The notes under the pieces: generated by a model
Database searches by the model: none
The model's input: the letters and a program-made list of their open reading frames with translations, nothing else
Told to the model about the DNA's origin: nothing
From: Dehalococcoidia bacterium
Lineage (GTDB): Bacteria > Chloroflexota > Dehalococcoidia > SM23-28-2 > RBG-16-64-32
DNA length: 64,000 nucleotides
Assembly (NCBI GenBank): GCA_963665775.2
Contig: CAXXTF010000001.1
Span: 672,001-736,000 of the forward strand
Reading direction: 5' to 3'
Shown: positions 29,316-39,886 of the stretch, piece by piece
How the letters are laid out: each line of letters begins with the position of its first letter
How positions within the stretch are numbered: the stretch's first letter is position 1
Translations under genes and position numbers: made by a program

Positions 29316-31019
29316 CCCGAATCCACCGAAGGACACGGATGGACGGCGTGAGGACAGCGGAAGGGGGTGGGTGAGGGAGCTACAGGGGAGATGGCCTGGG
29401 GTCTTGGGGTAGATGGGAGGCCGGCGGACGGTCTTCAGTCGCCGCACAGGGCCCCTAAGGCCCTATGCGGGAGTTGCGATGCGCGGGATGGCGAGAGGAT
29501 ACGCAGCAGGGGACTCTCGCGACCGGGGTGGCGCGAGATTGCGGGGACGTTGGGTCAGTTGCAGGCTGGCCGTCAGGCCGGGAATGGAATGGCTTGCAGC
29601 CGGGCCAAGGCGCGACTGAACTGGGTTTCCCAAGGCCAGCGCCGGGGGAGATGCAAAGTGAGGCGGCGCGCCGAGCGGGTGATCCGTCCCACGAGAGCGA
29701 AGACCCGCCGCCTGAGGGTCTTGGTGGTCACGATCTGCTGACCCAGGCCGATGCGGGCTGTCCAGCGGGCCAGGTTATGCGCCATCACCTGGACCGCCAG
29801 CCAGGCGCCGTTGGCGGCGAAGCGCCCCGACGGCATGTGGTTCAGCCCGACGCCGTACTTGAGGTCGCGTATGGCGTTCTCGACCTCGGCGTGGCGGCGA
29901 TGATCGGCCTCCAGTTCCAGCGTCTCCCCATCGCGGTCGGTGATGAAGGCGTGATAGCTGTATCTGGCGAAGAGGGCGAGCTGGGAACCGGGCGTCGGCT
30001 TCACCCGCCGGACAATGAGCCGCACCGGCGCGGCGTCCGGCTTGGTCTGGAACGGGGTGTAAGTCGTCTCGGCGACATCGGCGGCGCCGTCCATCCAGTA
30101 GGGAATGGGAGTCCAGTCCTCCTCTGGTATCGCCTCGATCAGGTCCCGCAGGCTGGCGCGCTGGCGGATGGTGATAGAGAAGCGGACATCCATTTCCCGG
30201 CAGGCGGCAACGACAGTGTGGGCGTAGAAGCCGCTGTCGGCCCGCACCGTGAGTTGTCCCCTGGCCCCGCCGTAGCGCACCCGCCCCACCGTCTCACGCA
30301 GGAAGTGGGCGGCGCCACGGGCGGTGTTGGCCCGGCCCTCGCGCAGCCGGGACATCAGCACCTCGCCGGTGCCGGCGGCAATGGCCAGCAGCGGGTGATA
30401 GCCGCGGGCGCCGGTATAGCCGTGGTGGCGCGCTCCCTCCTTGGCCAGTCCATAGGTCTCGCAGATGGTCGAGTCCAGGTCGATGGTCAGGGGCGAGTCG
30501 CCGGGTCCGGCCCCAGCGGCCCAGGCCCGGGCCAACAACTGGCGGCTCACGCGGTCGAGTTGACGGACATGCCCCCACCGGAAGCTGCGCAGGAAGGTCC
30601 CCAGGGTGGATGGCGCCTTGACCACGCAGCCTAGAACACCGACCGTCCCACCAGCGCGCAGCGCATCGGCGTCGTCGATGCAGTCGCCGCCTGCCAGCGC
30701 GGAAGCGACCAGCGTCAGCATCTTGTCCCCAGTGTTCGCCCGTCCCGGCGCTCCGCCGAGGTCAAGGTGATGGTCGACGAGTTCCCGCAGGCCCAGGTGC
30801 CGGGCTAGGGTGGCTGGCAGGAGCAGGCCGGCATTGGCCACCAGGCGATGGTCGTCAAAGAGGATGCGGATACGGTCGGGTTTGTTCTGTGGCAGCATCT
30901 ATTGGGTGCTCCTTGTTTCCGGGCTGGTTTCTGTTCCAAAACCATTATCCCAGATTCAGAGGAGCACCCGATGGCTTCTTCAAGGACTGTCCCCAAGGCC
31001 GTCCTTCGGTGGATTCGGG
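29316..31019 (-). mobile_element. complete IS1380-family insertion sequence (1704 bp)
   Basis: 19-bp terminal IR CCCGAATCCACCGAAGGAC / GTCCTTCGGTGGATTCGGG; 5-bp TSD CTAAG at 29311-29315 and 31020-31024. Confidence 0.95.
29573..30898 (-). CDS. IS1380-family DDE transposase
   Basis: TIDLDST, GYHPL, LREGRA, VRADSGFY, HRRHAEVENAIRDLK. Confidence 0.95.
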   Translation of the reverse strand: MLPQNKPDRIRILFDDHRLVANAGLLLPATLARHLGLRELVDHHLDLGGAPGRANTGDKMLTLVASALAGGDCIDDADALRAGGTVGVLGCVVKAPSTLGTFLRSFRWGHVRQLDRVSRQLLARAWAAGAGPGDSPLTIDLDSTICETYGLAKEGARHHGYTGARGYHPLLAIAAGTGEVLMSRLREGRANTARGAAHFLRETVGRVRYGGARGQLTVRADSGFYAHTVVAACREMDVRFSITIRQRASLRDLIEAIPEEDWTPIPYWMDGAADVAETTYTPFQTKPDAAPVRLIVRRVKPTPGSQLALFARYSYHAFITDRDGETLELEADHRRHAEVENAIRDLKYGVGLNHMPSGRFAANGAWLAVQVMAHNLARWTARIGLGQQIVTTKTLRRRVFALVGRITRSARRLTLHLPRRWPWETQFSRALARLQAIPFPA

Positions 31020-31751
31020 CTAAGGCTGAGGCGCTGCGGCCGGATGTAGTTCTCATGGATATCCGAATGGGCGAAGGGGATGACGCCAGCGGCATTGACG
31101 CCTGCCGCGAGATTCGCGCCGGGCTGCCTGAAACCCAGGTCATCATGTTCACGTCATACGGCCAGCGAGAGGCGGTCCTCGCGTCCATCATGGCTGGGGC
31201 CACCGGCTTTCTGACCAAGAATATTAGCCATGCGGATCTAGTGGCGGCGATTCAGGCCGCTGGAAGGGGCGAATCCCTGCTGGAGCCCAGCATCACCCGG
31301 GAGGTGATCGAGCGCCTTGCGGAGCTGAGTCAGGCGCCCTCCAAACCAGAGGACGTCCTGTCGGAGCGGGAGAAGGAAGTTCTCACGCTTATAGCACAGG
31401 GCTGCACCAATAAGGAGATCGCCGCAAAACTGTTCCTCAGTCCTTACACCGCCCGCAATCACGTCATCCGTATCCTCGATAAGCTGGGACTCTCAAGGCG
31501 GTCCGAAGCGGCAGCGCAGGCCATCAAACTGGGGCTGCTGCAGGGCAAGCGAGGGGACTAGCTGTCAGCCACGTCGCTGGACTAGATTCAGTCTGCCGAC
31601 CATCGGGTTCGGCGTACTGAACGTTATAGCTAGCCGTTGAATCGCGACGTGTTCAGTCATGATTGTGAAACAGTCCGGAGCACACTAGAGCCGGAGCACA
31701 CTAGAGTATGATGGGTTAGCTCGCTATGCAGCAGCCAGCTCGGAGGCGGAG

Positions 31752-32717
31752 ATGCGACGGCCAATCCTCATCAAGCTAATCGGTTTTGCCGTATTGGCGG
31801 TGCTTGTTTCAGCCCTCTTCGGATACGAGCGCCTGCAAGCTCACGGCACCCTCGATCAAGCCCTGACTGGCGACCCCGAATGTAACGCGATGAACTTCCG
31901 GGCAACCATATCTAGCGGGGGTTCGATTCGCCAAGAGTTTGTGCCGTCAAAATCTGGGCTTACCGCCGTTGACGTCTGCCTTTCCATCGGTACTGGAATA
32001 ACCTTCCAAGTCAATATCCTCGCGGGCACCGCCGCAACACCGGGAGAGGTGCTAGCCTCGGCATTAGCGACAACAACCACAGCTCCCGGGCGGCAGTGGG
32101 TCCACCTAGAGCTGCCCACGACGATCTATACAGAACCCAACGCCATGCTCGTTCTCGAAATCCCAGAGTCTGCGACGTTCGCCTGGACGGGCACCTGCGG
32201 TAGTGCGTTTGGCGGCCCGTGCACCACTGCCGATCCGGACCTCTATCCGCCTGGACGGAGCAATTTCACCGATTTCGCGTTTGCCGTCGGTGATTTTGCC
32301 TTCCGCACTTATGCCGGACCACCTACCCTTCCCGGACAGGGCGATGTTGACTGTGATGGCGATGTCGACTCCGTCGACTCCCTCAAGGAGTTACGGCATG
32401 TGGCCGGGCTGTCCGTGAGCCAGAACGAGCCCTGCCCAGAGATCGGCAGCGAGGTTGCCTCCCTGTTCGGCGATGTGGACTGTGACGACGATGTAGACTC
32501 TGTGGACTCGCTGAAGATTCTGCGCTCCGTGGCGGGGCTCTCAGTCTCCCAGATCGAGCCCTGTCCGGACATCGGTATTGCCGTTGAGGTCACCGCGAGC
32601 AGCCCTGTTTCCGGTTCGCCGGTCTCGAGCGCAGCAGGGGTTACACCGGCCCTGGCGCTGGGCTTTCTAGGCATGGGCGGGCTCTGGGTTGTTGGCAACC
32701 GGTTGAGAAAGCGATAA
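31752..32717 (+). CDS. secreted, C-terminally anchored protein with duplicated dockerin-like Ca-binding repeats
   Basis: Signal peptide; GDVDCDGDVDSVDSLK and GDVDCDDDVDSVDSLK; C-terminal TM then RLRKR. Confidence 0.8.
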   Translation: MRRPILIKLIGFAVLAVLVSALFGYERLQAHGTLDQALTGDPECNAMNFRATISSGGSIRQEFVPSKSGLTAVDVCLSIGTGITFQVNILAGTAATPGEVLASALATTTTAPGRQWVHLELPTTIYTEPNAMLVLEIPESATFAWTGTCGSAFGGPCTTADPDLYPPGRSNFTDFAFAVGDFAFRTYAGPPTLPGQGDVDCDGDVDSVDSLKELRHVAGLSVSQNEPCPEIGSEVASLFGDVDCDDDVDSVDSLKILRSVAGLSVSQIEPCPDIGIAVEVTASSPVSGSPVSSAAGVTPALALGFLGMGGLWVVGNRLRKR

Positions 32718-33008
32718 AGCCCTGAGGGCGATCTACAAGGCGATGGCTGGTGCCGAGTCCTGGCCGCACCTGCGCTCCCAGGGCGAGTCATACACCTGCC
32801 GCTGCTGCCTGTCTCCAGGGTGGTTAGGGACCCGCATTTGAAAGGCCAGCTTCCGCGGGAGGGTCTCGGGCCCCGCCCATTCCGGCGCCGGCCGCCTCGC
32901 TGTGGTGGGCAAGTGCCGACGCGGGCGGGCATTGTGCCCGCCAGGACGCGCTGCTATACTCGTGCTCACCGTTTGGGGTCGCCCTAAGCGCGCTAGGAGA
33001 GGTCAATC

Positions 33009-34217
33009 ATGGATTTCGAGATCACGTTCTCCCCGGAGATGGAGGCGTTCCGCAGCGAGGTGTCGGGCTGGCTGGACCAAAACCGCCCCGACTTTTCGCT
33101 GACCGATACCTACGCCGAGGATGCCGATTACGACGACAAGGAGTGGCAGCGGCGGTTTAGCTTTCGACGCAAGTTGGGAGGGCAGGGATGGCTGTATCCG
33201 ACGGCTCCCAAGGAGTACGGCGGCGGCGCTCTGACACCGGACCACGCGATCATTATCGCGCAGGAGTTGGAGCAGCGGGGCATACCAAACCTGCAAGACC
33301 TCGGCCACATGGCGTCAGGCTGCATCCTGGTGTGGGGTAGCGAGGAGCAGCGACAACGGTTTGCGCGACCCATCCTAACCGGCGAGGCATCGACGTGGCA
33401 GGTTCTAACGGAACCCCAGGGGGGCACGGACCTGGCCAGCGCCCAGACACGGGCGGTCCTGGAGGGCGATAACTATATCGTAAACGGGAACAAAGTCTTC
33501 GTCGCCAACCGTTACCCGGCCGATTTCCTCTGGACCCTGGTCAACACGGATCCAGGGGGGGAACGCCACCAGAACCTGACCTATCTGATGATCCCCGCCA
33601 ATCTCCCGGGAATCACCGTGGTGCCGATGAACCTGCTTAGCGGCTTCAAGGGCGGCCTGTTCTTCGACAACGTGCAGGTGCCGGTCTCCTGCCGGATAGG
33701 CCCGGAGAACGAGGCCTGGACGACGGTGGCCACGAGCAATATGGAGCTGGAGCACGGCGGTGGGGGAAGCATTGGGACGGACAAGCAGCTGCAGGCCGTT
33801 ATCGCCTTCCTCAAGGAGATGAAGGCGAAGGGTGAGTCGCTGCTCGAGCACGAAGGGCTTCGCGATCTATTCGCCCGGGTCTACATCGAGCGCGAGACGG
33901 AGAGGCTGTTCGGGCTCCGGAACTTCTGGATGAGAAACAGCCGCATCCCTATGGGCCATGAGGGACCGCAATTGAACCATTGGCGAAAGGGGCACCCGCA
34001 CAGCTTCGCGCGGGCGGTGCAGAATATCCTGGGATACTATGCCCTCACGCAGGACCTGGCCTACGCACCGGAAGAGGGGATGCTCGAGCGACAGCAGCGC
34101 GGCGCCTTCTCCAGCCACCACGCTGGTGGCGGCTTCAACATCCAGGCGACGATTCTGGCCCGGCGGCTGGGGGTTGGACGGACCAGACGGGAAGAAGCCG
34201 GTCCGGTGAACCTGTGA
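33009..34217 (+). CDS. acyl-CoA dehydrogenase family protein
   Basis: PKEYGG, LTEPQGGTDLAS, VNGNKVF, FFDNVQVP. Confidence 0.92.
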   Translation: MDFEITFSPEMEAFRSEVSGWLDQNRPDFSLTDTYAEDADYDDKEWQRRFSFRRKLGGQGWLYPTAPKEYGGGALTPDHAIIIAQELEQRGIPNLQDLGHMASGCILVWGSEEQRQRFARPILTGEASTWQVLTEPQGGTDLASAQTRAVLEGDNYIVNGNKVFVANRYPADFLWTLVNTDPGGERHQNLTYLMIPANLPGITVVPMNLLSGFKGGLFFDNVQVPVSCRIGPENEAWTTVATSNMELEHGGGGSIGTDKQLQAVIAFLKEMKAKGESLLEHEGLRDLFARVYIERETERLFGLRNFWMRNSRIPMGHEGPQLNHWRKGHPHSFARAVQNILGYYALTQDLAYAPEEGMLERQQRGAFSSHHAGGGFNIQATILARRLGVGRTRREEAGPVNL

Positions 34218-34408
34218 GCGTTAGCCCAAGCTCCAGCTCAAGTGCCATCGCCTAGGGCCGATCGCGCATCCGGCCACGAGACACCCAGCCAAAGAAGTAG
34301 GGTGTGGGTCTCTCCATCCGTATCTAGACGGCTTGCGTCATGACGATCTGTGGCCGCCTCCAAGAGGTGAAAACAGATATACTATGACGAAACGATTCAG
34401 TCAGGTGG

Positions 34409-35050
34409 ATGCGAATGGCGCCTGAAAAGAGTCACCAGTGGTTTGCTGCCGTATACGACCGGCTGATGGCCCGTGCTGAGCGCTCCTATATGAAGGGCGT
34501 CCGCCAGGAGATCGTCGGTGGCGCCGGCGGCCGGATACTAGAGATCGGCGCCGGCACGGGAAGCAGCTTCCCATACTATCCGGACGATGTCGAGGTCGTG
34601 GCCACAGAGCCCGACCCATTCATGCTACGCAGGGCTGAGCGAAGGGCCCGGGAGATCGGCCGCTCTATCGAGCTGAGACAGGCCCCCGCCGAAGCGCTTC
34701 CGTTTGAGGATGGCTCCTTCGACACGGCGGTGTCCACCCTCGTGCTGTGCACGGTCACCGATTCTGCCAAGGCGCTTTCGGAGATAATGCGCGTGCTAAA
34801 GCCGGAGGGTCAGCTCCGCTTCTACGAACATGTCCGCTACGAGTACGCGTTCGGTGCCCTCTGGCAGGACCTCGTTACGCCGGCCTGGCGATGGTTCGCC
34901 GCCGGCTGTCACCCCAATCGCGATACCGCCGGGGCAATCCGGAATGCGGGCTTCTCGATCCAGGAGCTGGACATGACAAAGCCGCTGCCTCCGATACCGC
35001 CTATGATCTTCGCACGGCCGCATATCAAGGGAGTAGCCACCCGCGCCTAG
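34409..35050 (+). CDS. class I SAM-dependent methyltransferase
   Basis: LEIGAGTG, AEALPFED, LVLCTV, GCHPNRD. Confidence 0.92.
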   Translation: MRMAPEKSHQWFAAVYDRLMARAERSYMKGVRQEIVGGAGGRILEIGAGTGSSFPYYPDDVEVVATEPDPFMLRRAERRAREIGRSIELRQAPAEALPFEDGSFDTAVSTLVLCTVTDSAKALSEIMRVLKPEGQLRFYEHVRYEYAFGALWQDLVTPAWRWFAAGCHPNRDTAGAIRNAGFSIQELDMTKPLPPIPPMIFARPHIKGVATRA

Positions 35051-35710
35051 ACCGGTGCCCATTGTGGCTGGGGCCTATCGTGGCTGGGGATTGTAAGGGA
35101 CAAGATCCAATCCGTATCTGAGAGGTCAAGCAGCGAGCCCCTTGTACTCGTGATGTAGACCACCCAACACGGGCGAGCAACGATCCGCCCGGCCCGCGGT
35201 GGGCCAGCCCGACAGGGCGGCCCTATCGGGAGGCGTCTGCCAGGCGCTTGCGGTTTGCCTCCATCCGGGCCGAGGCGGTGCCGGTCGAGCCAGAGCCCGC
35301 GCCGGAGCCGGTGCCGTGAGTCAACAGGGATGAGTGCGCTAGTCGCCGGAACTCCGTCGGCGCAACGAACTCTGTCGGTCCGTACCCACGGTACCTCAGC
35401 AGCATGCCGATTGGGAGGGAGCGTTGAGCGATGAAGATGGAGTCAATCCTGGCCACGAAGGCTCCCAGACGGTTCTGGGGCGGATGGATCTTGACTGAGC
35501 GGTGATCGGGGTTGGAACAGAGATTGCAGTAACGGTAGGGGGTCTGGTTTCTATTGCCCACCACAGTTCGTAACTGGACTCAGCTGGACTGATCGCCGCC
35601 CCGCGAGCGTCGTTCTAACTGCTACCGGCGTGTAACCTGAGGATGAATGAGGCGACAAAAGCCTCTACGCTGTGCGAACCGGGCGGAAACTATTCTAGAG
35701 GATAGATGCA

Positions 35711-35968
35711 ATGATGACTGCGGTGGGGATTATTGGCGCTCTCTTGATCCTGGTTGGCTTCCTGGCCAACCTGTCCGGGCATATGTCCCGCACAAGTACA
35801 ATCTACCAGGTGATGAACGTCCTTGGTGCCAGCATCCTGGTCTGGTTCGGTATCGCAACAGGGGCATTCATCTTCGTGGGGCTGGAGCTGGTGTGGGCTC
35901 TGGCGGCAGCCTACGGCATCTTCGGCCGTTTGGGCCGGTCTCCGACGGCGGATGATGGCCGGGAATGA
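35711..35968 (+). CDS. small three-TM membrane protein (CBU_0592-like)
   Basis: GIIGALLIL...YQVMNVLGASIL...LELVW. Confidence 0.75.
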   Translation: MMTAVGIIGALLILVGFLANLSGHMSRTSTIYQVMNVLGASILVWFGIATGAFIFVGLELVWALAAAYGIFGRLGRSPTADDGRE

Positions 35969-36118
35969 TTGCTAGTGGGGACATGTGAGTCGCGCTGTCA
36001 GGACCCCCTGTGATCAAACCCTCTCGAAAGTGTAAGCAGAGGACGAGACGGCAGTTCTGGATCTCCTTACCGCTGAACGGGAGGGTGCCCTCGCCGAGGC
36101 TACGGCGTGCCATGCCTG

Positions 36119-36177
36119 GAGACTACGGCCATGGCTCTACTAATATAGCGTGTGGTAGCGTTTATAGGGGCAGGTCA
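36119..36177 (+). repeat. dispersed non-coding element, copy 2
   Basis: GAGACTACGGCCATGGCTCTACTAATATAGCGTGTGGTAGCGTTTATAGGGGCAGGTCA. Confidence 0.85.
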
Positions 36178-36268
36178 CAAGTAGCCCGCCGCCGCTTGCG
36201 GAGCTCACTCAGCGGCGTATCAATCGGGAGGTCGTAGGGGAGATGATTCCCGCATCAAGGTTGCCAGC

Positions 36269-36856
36269 TTGACCGACGCATCGAACCGCTGGCTGGCGGC
36301 CCGGACCACCCCGGGCGACAGCTACGACGAGACGTACGAGCGCCGTGCCGCTGCGGGCGAGGAGGTCCATGGCGAAGCCAATTTCGTGCAACGGTTCTCG
36401 CCATCGTCGGTACTCGATGCCGGTTGCGGGACGGGTCGCGTTGGGCGTGAGCTGGCACGGCGTGGCGTCGACGTGGCAGGCGTGGATATCGACCCGGAGA
36501 TGCTTCGTACGGCGAGCCAAAAGGCTCCCGATGTCGATTGGCACCTTGCCGACCTCGTGAGCGTTGACCTTTCCCGGTCATTCGACGTGATCGTGATGGC
36601 CGGGAACGTAATGATCTTCTTGACGCTGGGCACCGAGGGCGCTGTCATTGCGAACATGGCCCGCCATCTGCAGCCGAGTGGAGTGCTCATAGCGGGATTC
36701 CAGATCATGCGGAGTCGGCTGGCCATCGAGCGGTACGACGAGCTCGCCACTAGCGCTGGGCTTATGGGCGCCGAGCGATGGAGCACCTGGGATCGCGACG
36801 TTTGGGACACGGGTAGCGACTACGCTGTGTCCGTACACAGGAAGGCACAGGCCTGA
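36269..36856 (+). CDS. class I SAM-dependent methyltransferase
   Basis: HGEA, VLDAGCGTGR, GVDIDPEML, AGNVMIFL. Confidence 0.92.
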   Translation: MTDASNRWLAARTTPGDSYDETYERRAAAGEEVHGEANFVQRFSPSSVLDAGCGTGRVGRELARRGVDVAGVDIDPEMLRTASQKAPDVDWHLADLVSVDLSRSFDVIVMAGNVMIFLTLGTEGAVIANMARHLQPSGVLIAGFQIMRSRLAIERYDELATSAGLMGAERWSTWDRDVWDTGSDYAVSVHRKAQA

Positions 36857-37163
36857 CCCCGGAATCCCTCCAGGACGATCCGCACCTTCTCTTCGGGGGT
36901 GCCCAGCAGAGAATTGTGCGGCAAGCTGCTGAAATTGGCGAGATCTACTCAGGAGAGCGTCCAGCAGCGCCCCAAGCACAGCGGCAATCTCGGTTGGATA
37001 TAAAGAGCGCGGAACTCTGGCACCTCATGCGAAACCGCGAGCTTGGCTACCGTTTGTCCCGTGCTATACTTTACAAGTGGAACATAATACAGTCGAATGT
37101 TTCAATATTACAGCGGGGGCCGTGTCCCCGTGATTGGCGCCAAGTCGTAAAGATGCGAGGGCC

Positions 37164-38630
37164 ATGAAGACCCTTCTGATTTCGGTCTATGAGTTGGGCC
37201 ATCAACCCCTTGGCCTCGCCTCGCCGGCCGCCCACATCCTGGACCGAGACTTGCCGGTGGAATGCCTGGATCTCTCCGTGCAGCCCTTTGATGAAGGTGC
37301 GGTGCGAGCGGCGGACTTCGTCGGGATCTCCATTCCGATGCACACAGCGATCCGCCTGGGTGTGAAGCTAGCGGAGCGGGTGAGGAATGTCAATGAGCGC
37401 TGCCACATCTGCTTCTACGGTCTGTACGCCTCGCTGAATGGCGATTATCTTCTGAGGACTCATGCTGACAGTGTAGTCGGGGCGGAGTTCGAGGAGCCGC
37501 TCGTAAACCTCCTGCTGTATCTATCCGGCAGGCCGGTGGATAGCCTGTTTGGGGTCCAGACCAGATCCAGCAGTTCGCCGCCGTTCCTCGGCCGTCAGGA
37601 CTTCCTCCCCCCTTCCCGCCACCTGCTGCCTCCGCTCGAGCACTATGCTCGGCTGGATACGGGAACGGAACTGAAATTGGTCGGTGGCGTAGAGACCAGC
37701 CGCGGTTGTGCCCATCAATGCCTTCACTGCCCTATCACTCCCGTGTACGGGGGGAGGTTGCGCACTGTGAACGAGGAGGTCGTCCTCACAGACATAAGGA
37801 ATCTGGTAGCGATGGGGGCGCAGCATATTACCTTCAGAGATCCTGACTTCCTGAACGGTGTAAAGCACTCCATGCGAATCGCGCGACGGATGCACGAGGA
37901 GTTTTCCCACCTTACGTTTGATGCCACCATCAAGATCGAGCACATCCTGGAGCATCGGACCCTGATCCCCAAGCTGAGGGAGTACGGCTGTATCTTCATC
38001 CCCTCGGCGGTGGAGTCCCTAAATGACGAGGTCCTGCGCTACTACGAGAAGGGACACACCAAGGCGGATGTGGTTGAGGCCCTGGAGATCACTCGCGCTG
38101 CTGGCCTCGCCCTTCGCCCCTCTCTAGTCTCCTTCAGCCCCTGGAACACACTTGAGGACTACCTGGAAGTGCTGGATTTCGTGGAGGAGCACGGTCTGAT
38201 TTACAACGTTGATCCAGTTCAGTATGCCATCCGGCTTCTGGTGCCGCCTGGTTCTAGCCTGCTAAATATCCCGCAAATGATCCCCCATATCCGCGAACTG
38301 GACGAACAGAACTTCAGCTACGTTTGGGAGCACACCGAGCCTCGCGTCGATCTCCTCCAGCGCCAGGTCAGCAGGATGGTCGAGGAGGCTGCCCACAGCC
38401 ACGAAGAGGAACAGGTGACGTTCCAGAGGATCAGGGGCTTAGCCTTATCGGTCCTGCATGGCGGCACCTTCACTTCGCCTGAGGTGAGCGGCACTCCCCA
38501 GGGACGGCGGCCGCCGCGGTTGACCGAATCGTGGTTCTGCTGAGCAGAACCCACCGAGGACCAGTTGGTCCCCTACACAGACAGTACAAGGCACTCGACA
38601 GGTGTGATGTCCAACACCGCCGCGGTATGA
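37164..38630 (+). CDS. CUAEP-tail radical SAM selenoprotein (Sec at TGA 38541-38543)
   Basis: CAHQCLHC cluster motif; reading through TGA gives RLTESWFC-U-AEPTEDQL, the CUAEP signature; next stop 38630; hairpin follows UGA. Confidence 0.92.
38558..38571 (+). promoter_or_regulatory. SECIS-like hairpin of the radical SAM gene
   Basis: GGACCA-GT-TGGTCC beginning 14 nt after the UGA. Confidence 0.7.
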
Positions 38631-38667
38631 TACCATAGGCGAGAGATATGTCAGAAGGAGCGAGCCA

Positions 38668-39324
38668 ATGACAGAACGATTGGAAATCGGACACGACCAA
38701 GAGCCGCTGCTCACCGTCACCCAGAACGCGCAACAGAGGATCAGCTCCCTGATGGAGGCGGAAGGCCGCCAGGGACAAGCCATCCGCGTGGTGGTACGCA
38801 ATAGCTCCCCCGGCCGTTTCCAGTACGGCTTAGAGTTCGTGGAGCAGGGAAAGGAAGATCAGGACGATACCGTCGTCGACTTCGGCCCCTTCAGGCTCGT
38901 GGTTGACTCCACCAGTGCGCCCAAACTGAAGGGCGCGACCATCGACTTCGTCGACGACCCGCTAGGCGGCAGCACCGGCCTTCAGGTCGATAACCCGAAC
39001 AGCGCCTGGACAGATCCCATGGCAGCGAAGATTCAAGAGCTGATCGATACCCAGATCAATCCGGGGGTGGCCAGCCACGGCGGACACGTAGACCTCATCG
39101 ACGTCAAGGAGAACGTGGTGTACATCCTCCTCGGCGGCGGCTGTCAGGGATGCGGTATGGTAGACGTTACGCTGAAGCAGGGGATCGAGGTGATGATCAA
39201 GGAAGCGGTCCCCGAGATCCAGGGGGTCGTCGACACCACCGACCATGCCGGTGGTAGCAACCCCTACTACCAGCCGGCCAAGGGCGGCGAAAGCCCTGGC
39301 GAAAGCCCCCTGGCCTCGTCGTAG
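38668..39324 (+). CDS. nfuA: Fe-S biogenesis protein NfuA-like
   Basis: Degenerate A-type carrier N-domain (LKGATIDFVD) plus NifU domain SHGG...GGGCQGC...DTTDH. Confidence 0.88.
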   Translation: MTERLEIGHDQEPLLTVTQNAQQRISSLMEAEGRQGQAIRVVVRNSSPGRFQYGLEFVEQGKEDQDDTVVDFGPFRLVVDSTSAPKLKGATIDFVDDPLGGSTGLQVDNPNSAWTDPMAAKIQELIDTQINPGVASHGGHVDLIDVKENVVYILLGGGCQGCGMVDVTLKQGIEVMIKEAVPEIQGVVDTTDHAGGSNPYYQPAKGGESPGESPLASS

Positions 39325-39418
39325 GCGTCAGCGTTCATATAGGCGGTGCTCTAGGCGCCGTTGCATTGAGGGTCTTCTGTCTTTTAAGGCGGGCTAACCG
39401 AAAGGGAGTTGAGTCAGT

Positions 39419-39814
39419 ATGGACACCCAGGAGTTGATCGCTAGGTTTCCCGAAATCCCAGAGGTCCTGCACGAGAAGCCCGTTTTGACGCGGTACGCCG
39501 AGGTGTTCGGCGATCTCTTGCGTACTGCCTGGAAGCCAACTGCCTGCTCGGCAAGCCAACAAACGGCCGAAAACCTGGTTTACATGAAGCTCATTGCGCC
39601 AATGGGAATCCTGGCTTACGGGCTCTCCACTCCCGAGAAGACCGTGGTCCAGCTCGAGGCTTTGCTGGAAGCGTACCGGCCGGATCCGGAAAAGTTCCTG
39701 GCCGAGCTGATCCCTCCGGACGTGGCCCAGACGCCGGGCGGATGCCAGGCGGATGAGAGCCCGGGCGCCGGGGTGGCAACCGCGTCGGACTCCGGGCTTT
39801 CCGGAAGAAACTGA
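39419..39814 (+). CDS. hypothetical protein
   Basis: 131-aa ORF with protein-like composition, co-oriented with rSAM/nfuA. Confidence 0.7.
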   Translation: MDTQELIARFPEIPEVLHEKPVLTRYAEVFGDLLRTAWKPTACSASQQTAENLVYMKLIAPMGILAYGLSTPEKTVVQLEALLEAYRPDPEKFLAELIPPDVAQTPGGCQADESPGAGVATASDSGLSGRN

Positions 39815-39886
39815 CGCTGAGCCGTTCCCTGGCGGCCATCAACATCAAGAAGTTGCACAGCCCCAACTATCTGTTCCGGTCGTCTG

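Larger units (their letters stand above)
29172..31561 (+). pseudogene. NarL/LuxR response regulator interrupted by IS1380
   Basis: N-part VLIVDDHAIVRAGL...ESLTK at 29172-29315 rejoins in frame with AEALRPDVVLMDI...LSEREKEVL after 31024. Confidence 0.93.
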
